Source of the DNA: Piromyces finnis finn | Lineage: Eukaryota; Fungi; Neocallimastigomycota | Assembly: GCA_002104945.1 (NCBI GenBank) | Contig: MCFH01000018.1 | Location: 496,001 to 560,000, forward strand | Length of the DNA: 64,000 nucleotides | Reading direction: 5' to 3' | Part shown: one piece after another, positions 25,822-44,461 of the stretch | Layout: the number at the start of each line of letters is the position of its first letter | Numbering within the stretch: the stretch's first letter is position 1 | Translations under genes and position numbers: made by a program | The notes under the pieces: generated by a model | Databases searched by the model: none | Told to the model about the DNA's origin: nothing | Seen by the model: only the letters and a program-made list of their open reading frames with translations

Positions 25822-27315
25822 TTTAAAATTTTTATCTTTTATTAAAATAACATTGTATTATATTTCTAATATGTATAATTTCTATATATATATGTTGTTT
25901 AAATATTTATTAGGTCAAACTTAAAGCAACAATATATTCAACAAAATAATATACAAAATAAAGCTCAATATTATCATAATTTATCAAATATTATTGAAAA
26001 TCAAGAACTCAACAACAACAATAGCAGCAGCAACAACAATAGCAACAACAATAGCAAACCAATAAATACCTTTAATACCTCAAACGGTTTTGGTGTTCAA
26101 ACCAATAATATGTATAATCCTAAATTTGATAATACCATACCAAATAATTCATTCATCCAACAAAGTAAAGAAAAATTAATATTGCAACAACAACAACAAC
26201 AACAGCAGCAGCAGCAATTACAACGCCAACATAATCATTATTTGAAAAATTCCATAAGTACTCCTAACATGCATATAAATAGTAGCATGATTAATAATAA
26301 TCTATATAAAACAATGAATAATCCTCATAAAAATTTATCAAGTGTTGATACCTCAAATATACCAAATATTAATTCAAATATGGCATCTATAACAAATGAT
26401 GAACTTATTAATAATTATGAACAACTTTTGAATTTATATAATGTTCAAATTAAAAGATTACAATTACAATTGTTACAACAACAGAAACAAATGGAATTAA
26501 GTAATATGATGGATAGTCCATTGTTAGGGCAAGAAAATCTTAATTTATATTCAAACCCTCTCAATCATACCCTAAATCCAAATCTTTATTCTATGGTAGA
26601 TTCATTAACAAATAATGTTACATTACAACAAAATAAACTATTTAATAATAATTTTATAGATAATGGCAGTGGATTTTTATTTAATGGTAATTTAGGTCAC
26701 TCTCCAACCATTGGATTTGGAAATCAACTCAATTTAGGTTTAGCCACTACTTCCCCTTCAACATTAAACAATATACCTATGAATTTAGCCATCAATACTA
26801 ATAATAGCAAAGTAACAACTGTTCCCAACAACTTGACCTCCACATCCAATATGAATTATATACCGGGTATTCATAATTTAGGAAATATTAATTCAACGAA
26901 TCGTTTAAATAATAGTGTAATTGGATCCACTGTAGCTAATGGTCATTCTATGGCATCTATTATGACAAATTCAAATTCCTTCGGTACAGATGTTTCTACA
27001 CAACCAATATTTACTTCTTCTTTTTCCATTCCATCAACGAATGCTGCCACCACCACCACCAATATCAGTGATTTAAATCAACAAATGAATCCATTGAATA
27101 CAAATTCCCTAAAGGATAAAATTACAGATAATTTTACCAATTCTAGTTTATCTAATCTTAGTGATATTAATGCCTCAAATATCCCTTCATTAGATTCTAA
27201 TGATCAAAGTATCAGTAATGCAAAAAATCTATTCTTGGAAGTTATAAAAGATTTTGATGAAAATGAAATACAAGACATTGTTCAAAATACCGATATAGAT
27301 AATATCATTAATTAG
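23220..27315 (+). CDS. Ras-like small-GTPase-domain protein with a very long low-complexity C-terminus (~1320 aa, 2 exons)
   Basis: ORF 23220..25780 splices (GTAAGC at 25781, TAG at 25911-13) in frame into 25914..27315, joining the two listed ORFs. The N-terminal domain has NILVLGDKHTGKSSLI (P-loop), YSPTIEDS (Ras effector loop), ADAFMFVYDV, IPMILVG and FFESSAK. Confidence 0.85.
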
Positions 27316-27449
27316 ATTACTCTCTTTTTTTTTTTTTTTCATCATCATCCTTTTCACCTATTCTCATTTAATTTTTTTAGTTTTTGTATAATTTAATTAG
27401 TATTATTTTATTTTATTTTTAATACCTTTTCACAACTCATATCATAGAA

Positions 27450-27481
<32 letters not shown>

Positions 27482-28419
27482 TTAATTTTTAATATATCTT
27501 TTAAAAAAATCCCATTTTACATCTACTACTCTATGATTTCATTAAATAATACATTTTGTTTAATTTTTGTTTTTGTTAGTACTTTTTATTTTGATGATGA
27601 AAATAATAAGAATAATGATAGGACAATAAAATATTATTCTAAATGTTTTATAAAACATAGTTTTCTTTTTTTATAAAAGATATTTAATAATTCGACATTT
27701 AAATCATTTAATAGATACATCTAATGAAAATAAAATATTTTTTAAAATAAAATAAATTCGATTATAATAAATGAACTTAAAAGTGTAGATTATATTAGGC
27801 CCTGTTGTTCCATTCTAATAAAATATATACTTTGTTTTTGAATTTAAAAGTATTTATTTTTCTTATATTTTATATATATGACCTATATTTTAAAATCATC
27901 AAAGTATTTATAAATCATCAAAGTATTTTTAAATCATAGAAATAGTATATCACATGTTATACATGTTATTTTAAAAAATAAATAAAAAAAAAAAAGTAAA
28001 ATAGTAAAATAAAAAATATAAAATAATTACATATAATAAAATGAAAAGTATATTAAATACATAAAGTGACTAAATAATTATAAAATCCTCAACTATAATT
28101 AAAATGGTATTTATGTTTATATATAATATAAAATAATGTATATAAATATATAAAGCAATAGTGATAGAATTCAAATGGTTTGTTTGAAAATAAAAGTATA
28201 ACTAAACATAAATAAACTTTATCAATAACGACAACGAAGAAATGTCATTGTAAAATTTGAATAAACCTAAAATTTTAATTTTTAAAGAAATTATTAATAA
28301 AGTTATAAAGAAACTTTTATTTTCAGGTTTTTTTTTTTTTATTATTATTATTATTATTGATTAAAGTTAATTTTACAAAAAAAAAACTTTTATAAATGGA
28401 GCTTTAACCTATTAACATT

Positions 28420-29033
28420 ATGTTACACAAAACAGTATATATATTTATTTGTTTTCATTTTACATTTTAAGAATTAGCAACGCATTATCTATAGTTCTAG
28501 AATATCTTTTTTTTTTTTCGATTAAATTATATGTAGTAGTAGAATCTATTTTTATCTTTATATTTGCATCACGCATCCCATTCTTTAATTAAATTACCTT
28601 TTTAAGTGATAGATTTATTTAGCCTTTTTTTTTTTTTTTTTGGTAATATAAATTCATAGTCATTATTAATTTTTTCTATCTTCAGAAATCTTAATTCTTT
28701 TCATCAACATAAAATGTATCAATAATTTCATCACATTTACAGTATAGATATCTTCTTTTAAAATATTGTTTTGTTTCAGGATCATATTCTTTTGGGTAAC
28801 GTGTTTTTTTTTTTTTCATTCACTGTTTATATCATAATATCCATATTCAGATTTTATATTTCTATTCAATTCTTGCAGAAGTTTTTTTTTTTTATTCTTA
28901 TTTTGAGGTATATAAGTATATAATAAGATTTATTAATATTACTAATTTCATTTTTAAATTTATTTTTAATAAAATCTGGAATGACACCTTTCCTCTCTGA
29001 AATAACGGAACTCTATTTTCATTATTTCAATTC

Positions 29034-29065
<32 letters not shown>

Positions 29066-29640
29066 TATAATAACTATCGTACGGTATATCTCTCATAAAT
29101 ATTGGTCTTAAAATTATTTCAATAATTGTGACTAATAGAATTTCAAAGTATGTTCTTTCTCATAACTTTATTCAACTCATGAACAATTTAATTTTTATTA
29201 TAAAAATAAAAAAAAAAAAGTGACAACTTATTTCTATTCATCAGTGAAATCTGTTCAGAGAAATAAGTTTAAAGGTAAAAACTACCTAGATTACTTTCTA
29301 TGACCTCAAAAAAATAATACCATTCATTTCGGTTCCGACCTTTAACATTCATACAAAATCACACAAATTAGGTATTCGCGGCAAAAGTTTTAATCCTTTC
29401 AATAATCTTTACCTCAAAAGCCTATACACACATTTCTTGGATATATTTTTTAACAAATTTCTTATCAACCATGGTGAAAGAAACAAGGATGACCTTTTTC
29501 TCCTATATTGTTCAATCCTTTCATCAGTGATGCTTTTAAGTAAATCAATTCCTATCAATAGTGGGTCTATGAAGCTACTTTTTGATATATGTTTAATAAA
29601 ACATTCAACGTAATCAAGAGCACTGATGTCATACCTATAT
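28420..29640 (-). pseudogene. Decayed coding relic of unknown origin (possibly transposon-derived)
   Basis: Protein-like fragments in the same orientation are broken by stops and homopolymer frameshifts: YDISALDYVECFIKHISK..., EVKIIERIKTFAANT*FV*FCMNVKGRNRNEWYYFFEVIE, SERKGVIPDFIKNKFKNEI, RYPKEYDPETKQYFKRRYLYCKCDEIIDTF, KNGMRDANIKIKIDSTTTYNLIEKKKRYSRTIDNAL. Confidence 0.45.
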
Positions 29641-30422
29641 AGCAAAGAAATGTTGAAAAAAAACATATACATATATATATATATTTGTTAAGAACAATAC
29701 ATATTTAGTTTTTTATAATAAAAAAAAAAAAATTAGAAATTAAGTAAATCAACTTTTTTTTATTTAAGTTTTATGTATCAACTTTGAATTTACCAACTTT
29801 CAATAAAAATTAGTAAAAAACAAAAAAGAATATTCACTATTTAAAAATAGAATTAAAAAAAAAATATTTATTTATTTAATAATAATAAATCATTTTTGAA
29901 TAAATTACAATTAATTATTATAATTTTTTCTAAAAAAAATAAAAGTTTAGGATTTCTTAAAAATTGGCTTAATTTTATAAATAAAAATAATATAAAATAA
30001 AATAATATATAAAAAAAAAAAAAAAAATCTTTAATTTTTTCTATTTTTATTATTATTATTATTTTAGAGGTATAAAAGTATTTTTTTTTTTTATATTCAA
30101 AATTTTTGATAAATAAATGAATTGTATGTGAATAGTAATTTAGTTATTAATATTTTTTATATTTTATATATAAATAAGGATGTTTAAAAAAAAAGATTAT
30201 AATTGGTAATAAATAAATAAAATAAATGCATATGTATATTTATATATATACAATAAAAAAAAAAGAAATTAAATATTGTTATTATTACTATTGCTATTAT
30301 ATTTTTATATTCTTATAATAGAGGGAATGAAATAGATAAATATTAAAAATTTGATAAAGATAATTTTTTCATTAAAGATTTTCTTTTTAAATATATATTA
30401 TGTATATGTATATATTTATATT

Positions 30423-33400
30423 TTATTGATTTGTTACTGTAGTAATTAGGGAAGTGACACTACTTTCAATGATATCAGAAGCAATTTTTAAATATTTAGT
30501 CCGTATTTCTTCTACTTGATTTTCAAAGATACCAACAAAACTTGACATAATAGAAGTAATAGTTTCATTAACTACTTCCATAATTTCATCATTAGTTAAT
30601 GGATAGAAAGGATTTGCTTCTACAATTTTTTTTTTTTTTTTTTTTTTTTTGAAAAATAATTATAATAATAATAATATATCATATTTATTATAATAATAAG
30701 TAGGTGGTGTGATGGGTAAGAAAATATTAAAACTGAAATATATTATTAACATACCTCTAATTGCTCTTTCTTCAGCAATTTTACGTTCAATTTCTCTTTG
30801 TTTTTCCTATATTATAAATAAATTAATAGTTTTTTTTTTTTTTTTAGTTTTAGTTTCATTCTTTTTAAATATATATATAAATTGAAAGGATAATTTATTC
30901 TATATATTATATTTTTTTATTATACTATTAATACTTTTTTAATATATATATATATGTATAATCATTATTATTTATTTATTATGTATTATTTTAGAATTAT
31001 TACCAATTCTTGTTCTTCTAACAATCTAACCTCATTCTCCCATTCAGCTAATGTAATAGCATTACTTAAAGGTGGAATTTCACCAGGAACTTCTATCACC
31101 AAATTATCTCTTTCAATAACACATTCTTCTCGAGGTTCAATTTGCCAATATACATTTTTATAAAGTTTGAAATGTTGAAAAATTCTAATGATCATATCGT
31201 AATAAAAAAAAAAAGTTAAGGAAGGAGAATTAATATTTTTATATTATATAGAAAACGAAAAAAAAAAAAAAATTTTTTTTCATTAAAATAATATTTTTTA
31301 ATATATAGAATGAAAAAAAAAAAAACTTTTTTTTTTTCTTTTTTAATGTAATATTATAATGATAGATGTAATATAGATGTATATTTACGTTTCTTTAAAA
31401 AATTTTATAATTATATTTTCTTCATAAGGAGTAAATAGTTTACAAGATTTATTGGTATAAACAATTGAAGGAGGTGGATAATTTTTAAAAGGTTCTTTTT
31501 CATGAGCTAATCGTTTCTCCTGTATTAATGTATTTTCTATATTTGCTAGCATTGTAAGACGTTCTTCTTCTTCTCTTTCCCTTTCTCTTTCTCTTTCCTT
31601 TTCTCTTTCTTTTTCTTTCATCTTACCCCCTCCTTTTTCCTTACTTTTAGATTCTTTACTATTTTTTTCTTTACCTTTATTTATATATATGTATATATCA
31701 TCATTATTAATATGAATATGAATAGTATCATGAATAGTATTATAAATAAAATTATAAATAAGGTTATAAATAGTAGTATTATAAATAATATTATTTATGT
31801 ATTTTTATTTTTTTTTTTATTTTTAATAAATAATATTATTTTATGAAAATAAAAAAAAAATAAAATAAAAAAAACTAATACAATTTTAAAAATTAAATAT
31901 TTATAATTATCTTACTTTGAGGTGGAGAAGGTGGTGTATCTTGTTGAGTTTGTTGTTCTTCCTGTTCTAATTGTTGTTGTAATTGTAATAATTTTTTAAT
32001 TGAAGTTTGAGAAGGTGGTGGAGCTTCATCTAAAAAATTCAAAAATCCAAAATCATAAAATAATAATTTTCTAAAACAATTCATGGCTTCATTATATTCC
32101 ATATTTTTAGCTATTAAATTTTATAAATTTATCCACAAAATTAAAATATATATAGTTTAAAAAAATTTTTGATTTTTTTTTTTTTTTTTTTGTTTTGTTT
32201 TTTTGAGATGATTATAGATAATATTAAAGTAGAATTAATAAGATTATATTTGACAAAAGAAAAGTTTATAAATAACTATATATATATATATTATATGTGT
32301 ATAATACGAGCATACTTTTAAATTCATTGATAAAAAATAGGAATAATCGCATAAATTCAAATATTTGAACTGGTTTCAAATTATTATTTTTTCCAATCCT
32401 ATATAAGTTATAAAGAATAAATATTGAATATATATATAATTATTAAATATTATTAAACTAGAACTGTTTTTTTATATATATATATATAATTATTAATAAT
32501 AGTTTTTAATACTATTTTTTAATAATAATAATAATATAATTAATTTTTTCAATTACATAAATATATTATATAGGTCATTTAAAGTCATATTATTTGAAGC
32601 ATCTTCTTTCCAATTATTAAGTTGAAAAAATGATCCCAATTTACTGAATAAATATTAAAAAATAGAAAGGAATTTATTTGTATTAAGAATTATCCAGTAT
32701 CAAAAAAAAAATTATTTCGGTAGTTTTTTTTTTTTTTAATTATTATTATTATTTGTTGGTATTATTAAAGTTGATTTTGATTTAATATTTATATAATATC
32801 ATGATATATTATATCACATATATAATAAAGTAAAAAAAAATAATAAAATAATATGCAATTGAGTATGTATATTAATATAAAAAAAAAAATATTGTCGAAT
32901 GAATATATATATATATATAAATTTATATTTTCTAAATTATAGAATAATTACTTTATTCCATCTTCAATAGATAAATCATATAAATCTAATACATGCTCTA
33001 ATCGAAATTGAAAACGATCATAATTTTGATTTAATAATAATTTATCTAATTCTTCCTTTGACTTTACGATAAATAATAATATATAAATATATATGAATAC
33101 AGATTAATATTTGATTTTTTTCCCTATTTTCTTTTTTTTTTTTTTTTTATTCAAAAGTTATCCTATTATTATTATAAACTAAAATAGTAATATTATATAA
33201 AAAAAATATATATATATATATATATAGTTATCATTCATTACTATTTCTTCATTCCAAATATCTTCAACAACTAATCTATTTTGGTATGAATCTTCGGTAG
33301 TTTTTTCCGTATCTTTTCGATTATGATTATTACCTGAATTTTTATTTGATGGTGAATGAACTTGATTTTTTTGTTTCTTTTTTATTTTATATATAGAAAT

Positions 33401-33576
33401 AAAAATATAAGAATAAGAATGAAATATTTTAAAAAATATATATATATAATAATAATAGCAACGATAATAATAAAAGAATTAAAATAGGAATTAAATATAA
33501 ATTATATATTGATAATTAAGGGAAAAACTTTTTTCATTCCAATGCTTTATCATATTTTTATGTATTACCAATCCAT
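30423..33576 (-). CDS. C8orf74/CFAP119-like flagellar central-pair protein (CLAMP / C1a-32 family), ~9-10 exons; 5' end uncertain
   Basis: Minus-strand exons give NDLYNIFMIGKNNNLKPVQIFEFMRLFLFFINEFK, EAMNCFRKLLFYDF, IFQHFKLYKNVYWQ...LVIEVPGEIPPLSNAITLAEWENEVRLLEEQE and PLTNDEIMEVVNETIT...FENQVEEI. This resembles the C8orf74/CLAMP pattern (F.H[FY]KLYK; P.PL...W). Stop TAA at 30423-30425; the start near 33576 is tentative. Confidence 0.7.
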
Positions 33577-33766
33577 GCATTTTTTATTATTATTATTGTT
33601 GTTGTTGTTGTTGTTGTTGTTATTTCTTTTACAACAATACTTTTTTTTTATAATAATAATAATCAAAAAAAAAAAGAAAAAAAAATTGAAATGTTTTTTA
33701 TTAAATAATATTTTTTTTAAGAAAAAAAAAAAAGAAGAAAGAATATAAAGAAATAGATAAATAGAT

Positions 33767-33809
<43 letters not shown>

Positions 33810-34518
33810 AAAAGGAAATAAATTAATATAAAAAATTAAAATAGTTTTACAGTTCTTGAAGACATGATTTTTTATATATGAGTGGAATAGAGTATAGTTT
33901 TTAAAAAAAAAAAAAGAAAAAACTTTTTTAATATATATAATTGATTAATGTTTAAAGAGTATAAAATAATTTTTTTATTATTTTTTTTTCTTTTTCTTTT
34001 TCTTTTTCTTTTCTTTTTTTTTTTACTCAATTTTAATTCTATCGAAATAAAAAAAAAAAATTAAAAAATTTAAAAATTTAAAAATTCCATTTCAGATGGA
34101 AATATGGAAATTTTAAAATTTTTAATTTAAATTTAATTTCCCTAAATTTTTTAAAATTTTTTAAAATTTTTTTAATTTAAAAAGATTAAGTCTTTTTTAA
34201 ATTAAAAAAATAAAAGTAAAAAAGTAAATAGCTTTAAACTTTTATCCATTAAAGTAGCAATAAAAAAGCCTTTTTTTCAAAAAGAAATGAATTCTATTAA
34301 AAGCATTAATTAATAAAAATAACAACATAAATTTTGTAATAAAAAATATACACTTTTTTTTTATTTTTTTATTTTTTATTTTTTATTTTTATATAATTCA
34401 ACAGGAGTTAGATACACAATAGTAGTGTATGTATAGATGGGTGGGTGTGTAGGTATGTGTATATATAAATTTTATATTCATTAGTTTAATTTTTTTTATT
34501 TTATTTTCCCCCAAATTC

Positions 34519-34579
<61 letters not shown>

Positions 34580-34843
34580 TTTTAAATTGTTGTATATTAC
34601 TATATATATTGTTTGTTGTTTGTTTATATAATAATAAAAAAAAATTATGTATTATAAAAAAAATAGTTTTTTAGATATTTAAAAAAAAATTAATTTTTTG
34701 ATTTTGTTTTACATTATTATTCATTCTAAATATAGAATAAAAAGAATAATTTATTTCATTGTTGTTGTTTTTCCTCTTTTTTTTTTTTAGAATAAAAAGA
34801 AATTGATTTTTTTTAATGGTAGGTGATCGTATTAGAATTTAAC

Positions 34844-36225
34844 TTAGAAAGCCATACTACTTTGTAATTCTTCTAATTCCTTTTCTTCATCATCATCAGC
34901 AACTATAGATATAAAAAAAATGAAAAAATATGTTAAAACTCACTTAGTAAATACACATAAAATATTTACAGGGTTTATCTGTTTATTATTGTTATTAAAT
35001 AATTACCAATAGGACCAGATGGAGCATTTGGCATAGTTGGTATCTTTTCCAATTTATCAGAGTTCAATAATTGGTAATCTAATTCTTCTTGTTCTAAACC
35101 TTCTAATTCAGCATTTAATTCATCTTCATCAATAACATCACCAAAGTTTATTGGTTGAGCAATAGCATCTGAAATTTCATTAGCAAGATCCATTTGTTCT
35201 CTAATATCATCCATGGTATCTTCAACCTTATCAATATTCCTTTTTTTAAAAAAAAAAAAAATTATAGTTTATTGAGATTATTATTATACGTTATTATAAA
35301 TTATTGGATTTTATATTAATAAATCAAGTATAATGAGAACAAATATCATTAAAATTAAAGTAATAATAAAAGTAAAATAAATGGTTAGGAAAAAAAGGGG
35401 GGCAGAATAGATTATATTATAAATAATAATGTTATTATCATCATATTTTACTATTATTAAAAAAGTCTTTATGATTAAATTAATAAACTTACATTTTTCC
35501 GTGAATAGCACTTAAAGCATTAGCACCATCCTTCATGGCCTTTAAGGTGGTTAAGTTGGTATTGGCATTTTCAATTGTCATAATTTGAGTTTCAATAGTC
35601 ATACGAGAACCCATCATTTTTTCTATTTCATTATTGTAAGCTCTCTTACGTTTAAGAGCAGCAATTGCAACTTTTTATACGATTTATAATTTATTATTTC
35701 AAATATATTATTTATTAGCAAGTATATTTGTTTATTTTTCGTTTATTCGTTTTATATATATATATATATATATTGATAAATGTATGGTATTTGTTTTATA
35801 GTTCATTATTTAGTTGACAAAAAATATATATATATTATAAATTAAAATGACATAATTTTGATTTCAAATTGTTGTTGTTATTGTTGTTTTATAATATATA
35901 TATATATATAAATAAGCCATTTCAAATTTTTTATTTTTTTTATAAAAAAAATATTAAAAATAAAAATATTAATATATAAATAGTTTTTATCATTATTATT
36001 ATTATTGTTATTATTATTAACTGAAAAAAAAATAGAGATTATATGATAATATAAAATAAAATTACTTCTTTTATTTTTAGTTGCATTAGCTTTAGCAATT
36101 TTTTCTTCATTTTCGATCTTCTTTTCTAATATAGCTTGTCTCTTTTCTAAAATATCTAAAGTTTCCTTAAGTTGAGCAATAGCATCCTTTGGATTGGTCT
36201 TCTTCTTATTCTTAAAAAGTTTCAT
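34844..36225 (-). CDS. SNF7: ESCRT-III subunit Snf7/Vps32 (CHMP4), 4 exons
   Basis: Exons give PKDAIAQLKETLDILEKRQAILEKKI, ATKNKR/VAIAALKRKR, MTIETQIMTIENANTN, NIDKVEDTMDDIREQMDLANEISDAIAQPINFG and DEDELNAELEGLEQEELD, ending DDDEEKELEELQSSMAF-TAA. Confidence 0.96.
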
Positions 36226-37473
36226 CTTTATATTATATATGCATAAAAAAAAATACGTATAAGAATGAAAATGAAAAAATAAATATATTAAAATATTTAT
36301 ATTTTATATGTTTTAATGTTGTCATAATATATATGTATTTAAAAAAAAAAGGTCATGTGAATATTTATTTGAATTGAAATATTTCAATTATTAAAATTAT
36401 AATTTTAAATATTTATTTGTAAAAAATTCGAATTTCAAAGTATATAAAATGTTTTAAAAAGACTTTTATTTATTGACTCAAGTTATTTTTTTTTTTTTAT
36501 AATGTAATTTGTATTATATCGTCTTATTATATTACTTAACTAATCGTGAATATTTATACAATTTTTTTTCTCTTTTTTTTTTTTCTCTTTCTCTCTTTTT
36601 CCTTTTTGCTTTTGTCAATATTGTCTGTTTGTTTGTTTGTTTTTTTGTATTGTTATTATTTACATCAACGATTATAAATTACTTTTATTTTTTTTAAATT
36701 TTTATATTGAACATTAATTATTTTATAAATATATATTGATGCATTGATATGTCACATTGATATTTATATTTTATTTTTATTATTAATTTATTTTGATTTT
36801 TCTTTATGCTCATCTAAAACTAATTTTAATTATATTCTTTCCATGTAAAAAAAAAAAAAAAAAATGTATCATTTTATTTTCCAATAGCATTCCATTGACC
36901 TTTTTTTTTTTAAAGAAAAAGAAGACTTTTAAAAAAAAGATAAGCAGTGTTTATGAATACCTTGTATTATTATTTATTTATTTTTAAAATTTAATTTAAT
37001 ATAAAGAAATGGGTTAAACCAGATTAAATAATTATATTATAATTAATTGTCAATAATATAACTATTATTTAAAAAAGAAAAAAAAATTTTTTTAATAATT
37101 ATAATAAATATAAATAAATTCTTTTTTTTTTTAATTTAAAAATAATTTAATATAAAATAAAATTTATAATAAATTAAAATTTTTTGTTTAAATATAGATT
37201 TATAAAAAAAAAAAAAAAAAAAAAAAACTTGAAAATATCTTTTTTTATTAAAGAATACAACATTCTTTTTTAAAAAAAAGATTATTTTATTATAATGATA
37301 ATTATATCATTAATAAATGAATGATACATGAATGATACATACTCTTTTTTTTTTATCCCAAAATACAATACCATAAATTTTAATAATTATCATGAGTGGA
37401 TATAGATACAAATAAATATATAAATAAAAAATTTAAAATATATATTTATATAAAAAAAAAAACTTTTTTATTA

Positions 37474-37507
<34 letters not shown>

Positions 37508-38374
37508 TCGTAAAAAAATGCATTGCATTGCGTAGTAATATTTTTTTTTAAGAAAAAAAAAAGAGCTAACTTAAAAAAAAAAAAAAAAATACAAAAAATT
37601 ATTTATAGAAAGTGGTAAAAATTATCATATGAGCTTTATGCCACTAAATTTTATTTTTAGTCAAAAAGAAAAGGCTATTTTATAGTAATAATAATAAGAT
37701 CATGATGATATTGCTATTATTTCTATTATTAATTGATATTGATATTCAGTAATATTCAAATTTGTATGTTATCCTTACCACCATTATTTTCATCTATCTA
37801 TATATTTTTGAATAATACTAAAAAAAAAACTTTGTGAAAATTCGTGAATATTGAAAAGATTTTTGTGTAACTTTAAATTTTTTTTTTTGTAATGTGTTGA
37901 AAGTAGCGTAGCAACCACCACTACCACCACAATAAGTAATAAGCAAAAAAAAAAATAATAATAATCCCAACATCTTTTTTTTTTTTTTTTTTTTTTTTTT
38001 ATTACTATTATTATTATTATTCATATAAAATATTATAAATAATATACTTAAAAAATATACACTCTAATATTAAACATTTAATATTTATACTAATATTAAA
38101 CATTTAATATTTATATTTTATTTATTTTAAACTACTAAACTTTTATTTACAATATATCTTAAGAGAAACTATATAGATAAAGATTCTTTTTTTTTTTTTT
38201 TTTACTACACATTCTATTTTTAGAATATAGATTTATAAAAAAAAATATACATATATCAATTTGATAAATCCTACAAGAAAGAAAAAAGAAAAAATAAATA
38301 AATAGTATTACTATTATCAATAACAAATCATCTAAATTCTAGTTTGTTTGTTTGTTTTTTTGAATAGCTATGAA

Positions 38375-42272
<3,898 letters not shown>

Positions 42273-44406
42273 TTTTGTATTATACTATATATAAATTGTT
42301 TATATTAATGTGTATTTATTACGAAAAAAGGGAGGGCAATTAAATTTAATAAATGAATTTTGTTATCATCGATTGATTTTAAAGTCTAAAAATTAAAAAA
42401 AAAAAAAAATGCAAAAAAAAAAAAAAAAAACTTAATTACAATTCAAAAAAAAAAAAAAATACTTTTATTATTTATAAAAAAAAAAAAAAGAAAGGAAAAA
42501 AGCAATAAAATAATAATAACACTATGATTCAATTTATTAAATAATTTTTATTTTTCCTTTAATTACTATTCAACTACTCCCTCAATGCTCAACTATAAAA
42601 ATTTTATTTAATAAAGTCAAAAAAATACTCAATTTTTTAAAAAAAAAAAAAACTTTATTCTTTCAAATTTATTTTTTTTTACTTCATTATTATGAACAAT
42701 AAATATTGTTTCAACTAATTTTTACCTTTATATTATCATTAGCTTCTACGTTTTCCTATCCTCTTTTAAATATTATTAAAATAAAATTACTTTTTTATAT
42801 TACTTTTTTTTAATGTATATACTTTTATTTTTTGCCTATTTATTATATTAATTCAATATGAAAATATAACAAACATTAATATTCTTTAAAAAAAAAAAAA
42901 AAAGCTGTTCAAGACCCTTGCTTTTCTTTTTTTATCTTTCGCACCCTTTTGCTTATTCAATTGGGAATAAATTTATTAATTAATAATAATTATATATAAA
43001 TAATAATGAAAAAAAAAAAAAAAATTTTTTTCAAATTTTTCATCAATTGGGAATTAAAAAAAAAAAAAAAAAAAAAATTTAATCTAGTTTCATTATTAAT
43101 AATTAAAATTATTTTTTAATTTATTTGTAAAATTTTAATTTATTTAATATAAAAATAAATTATAATAATATTAAGAAAGATATTTAATAAAATTAATTAT
43201 GAATGTACTTTTAATATACACAAATGTTTTAGATTTATTATATTTATATTTTAATTTGTGCAACAATTAAAAAGGATAATAAATTACATTTTATTGAAAA
43301 TAGAATAGAATCTATTTAATCCAAGATATATTAATATATGTTAAACTAAATAATCCACAATTAATTGCCACATCCACTAAATAAAAAAAAAGAATCCACA
43401 TTTTCAACTTTATTTCTAATAAAAAGAAAATTTTTTAAAATTTCCTCTCAAACTAAAAAAAAAAAAAAGTAATTCTTCATTAATAGAATTGATTCTTGAT
43501 TAATTTTTTTTTACCTTTTTTTTAGAAAAAAAAAAAAAGAATTATTTATAGTATACTTTATTCTATTGTATTATTTCTAATTTATTCGAAAATTTAAATA
43601 AACTTCTTTTACATAAAAGTTGCGTGTATAAAAAATTAAAAAAATGATGAAAATATAAAAAAGTTTATTTTTTAATAAATTTTATCATTACACAATAGTA
43701 AAACTATCTTCCTATTTCAATATTAAATTTTATGATTCATAAAAAATTAAAAATATTGGTGTTTTAAATTCATATGGTAAATAAACGATAAATAAAAAAA
43801 GAATAAAATAAATTAATTAAAAATGAATAATTGGAAAAAAAAAAAAAACTTGAAACTAAAAAAAAAAAAAAAAAAAAGCCTTTGAATAATAAATATAATA
43901 ATGAACTATAAATTATTATAAATATTATAAATTATGCATAAAATTATTAGGAATAATATCTTTTAAATAAGATAATATTTATATAGATAATAGTATTTTT
44001 AATAGTAGCATTTATAATTACTATTAAAAGTAACCTTTAATAAAATAGCATTAACAGTACCTAATTATAGCTTTTAATATACCTACCTACCTTTAATAGT
44101 AACTTTTAATATTTATGTATTACCAAACGTTATAAATAAAAAAACTATTTTTAGAAATTATTGCCTACATTTTATTGATGAAAAATAATTTTATTGGTTA
44201 AGTTTTTTGATTTTGAAAAACGAAAAGGATTCGTTGATATATATTAAAAGTATTGGTAAAGCATATGAAAATTGAAAGAAAAATATTTCATAATTTATTT
44301 GATGTTACTTTTGTAGAAATAACTTTTTTTAAAAGCCCAAGCGTCATTGTAAATATCTCAAGTCAATAGTTACAAATAATTGCATACATTAATAATCATT
44401 ACAAAC

Positions 44407-44461
44407 AGCTATAAGCAACTATAAGCAACTATAAGCAACTATATGCAACTATAAGCAGCTA
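44407..44461. repeat. 10-bp minisatellite (ATAAGCAACT)x~5
   Basis: The sequence reads agct ataagcaact ataagcaact ataagcaact atatgcaact ataagcagct. Confidence 0.9.

Noticed and set aside
44407-44461. Possible CRISPR-like array
   Set aside because: The 10-bp units are contiguous with no unique spacers, the context is eukaryotic, and there are no cas genes.
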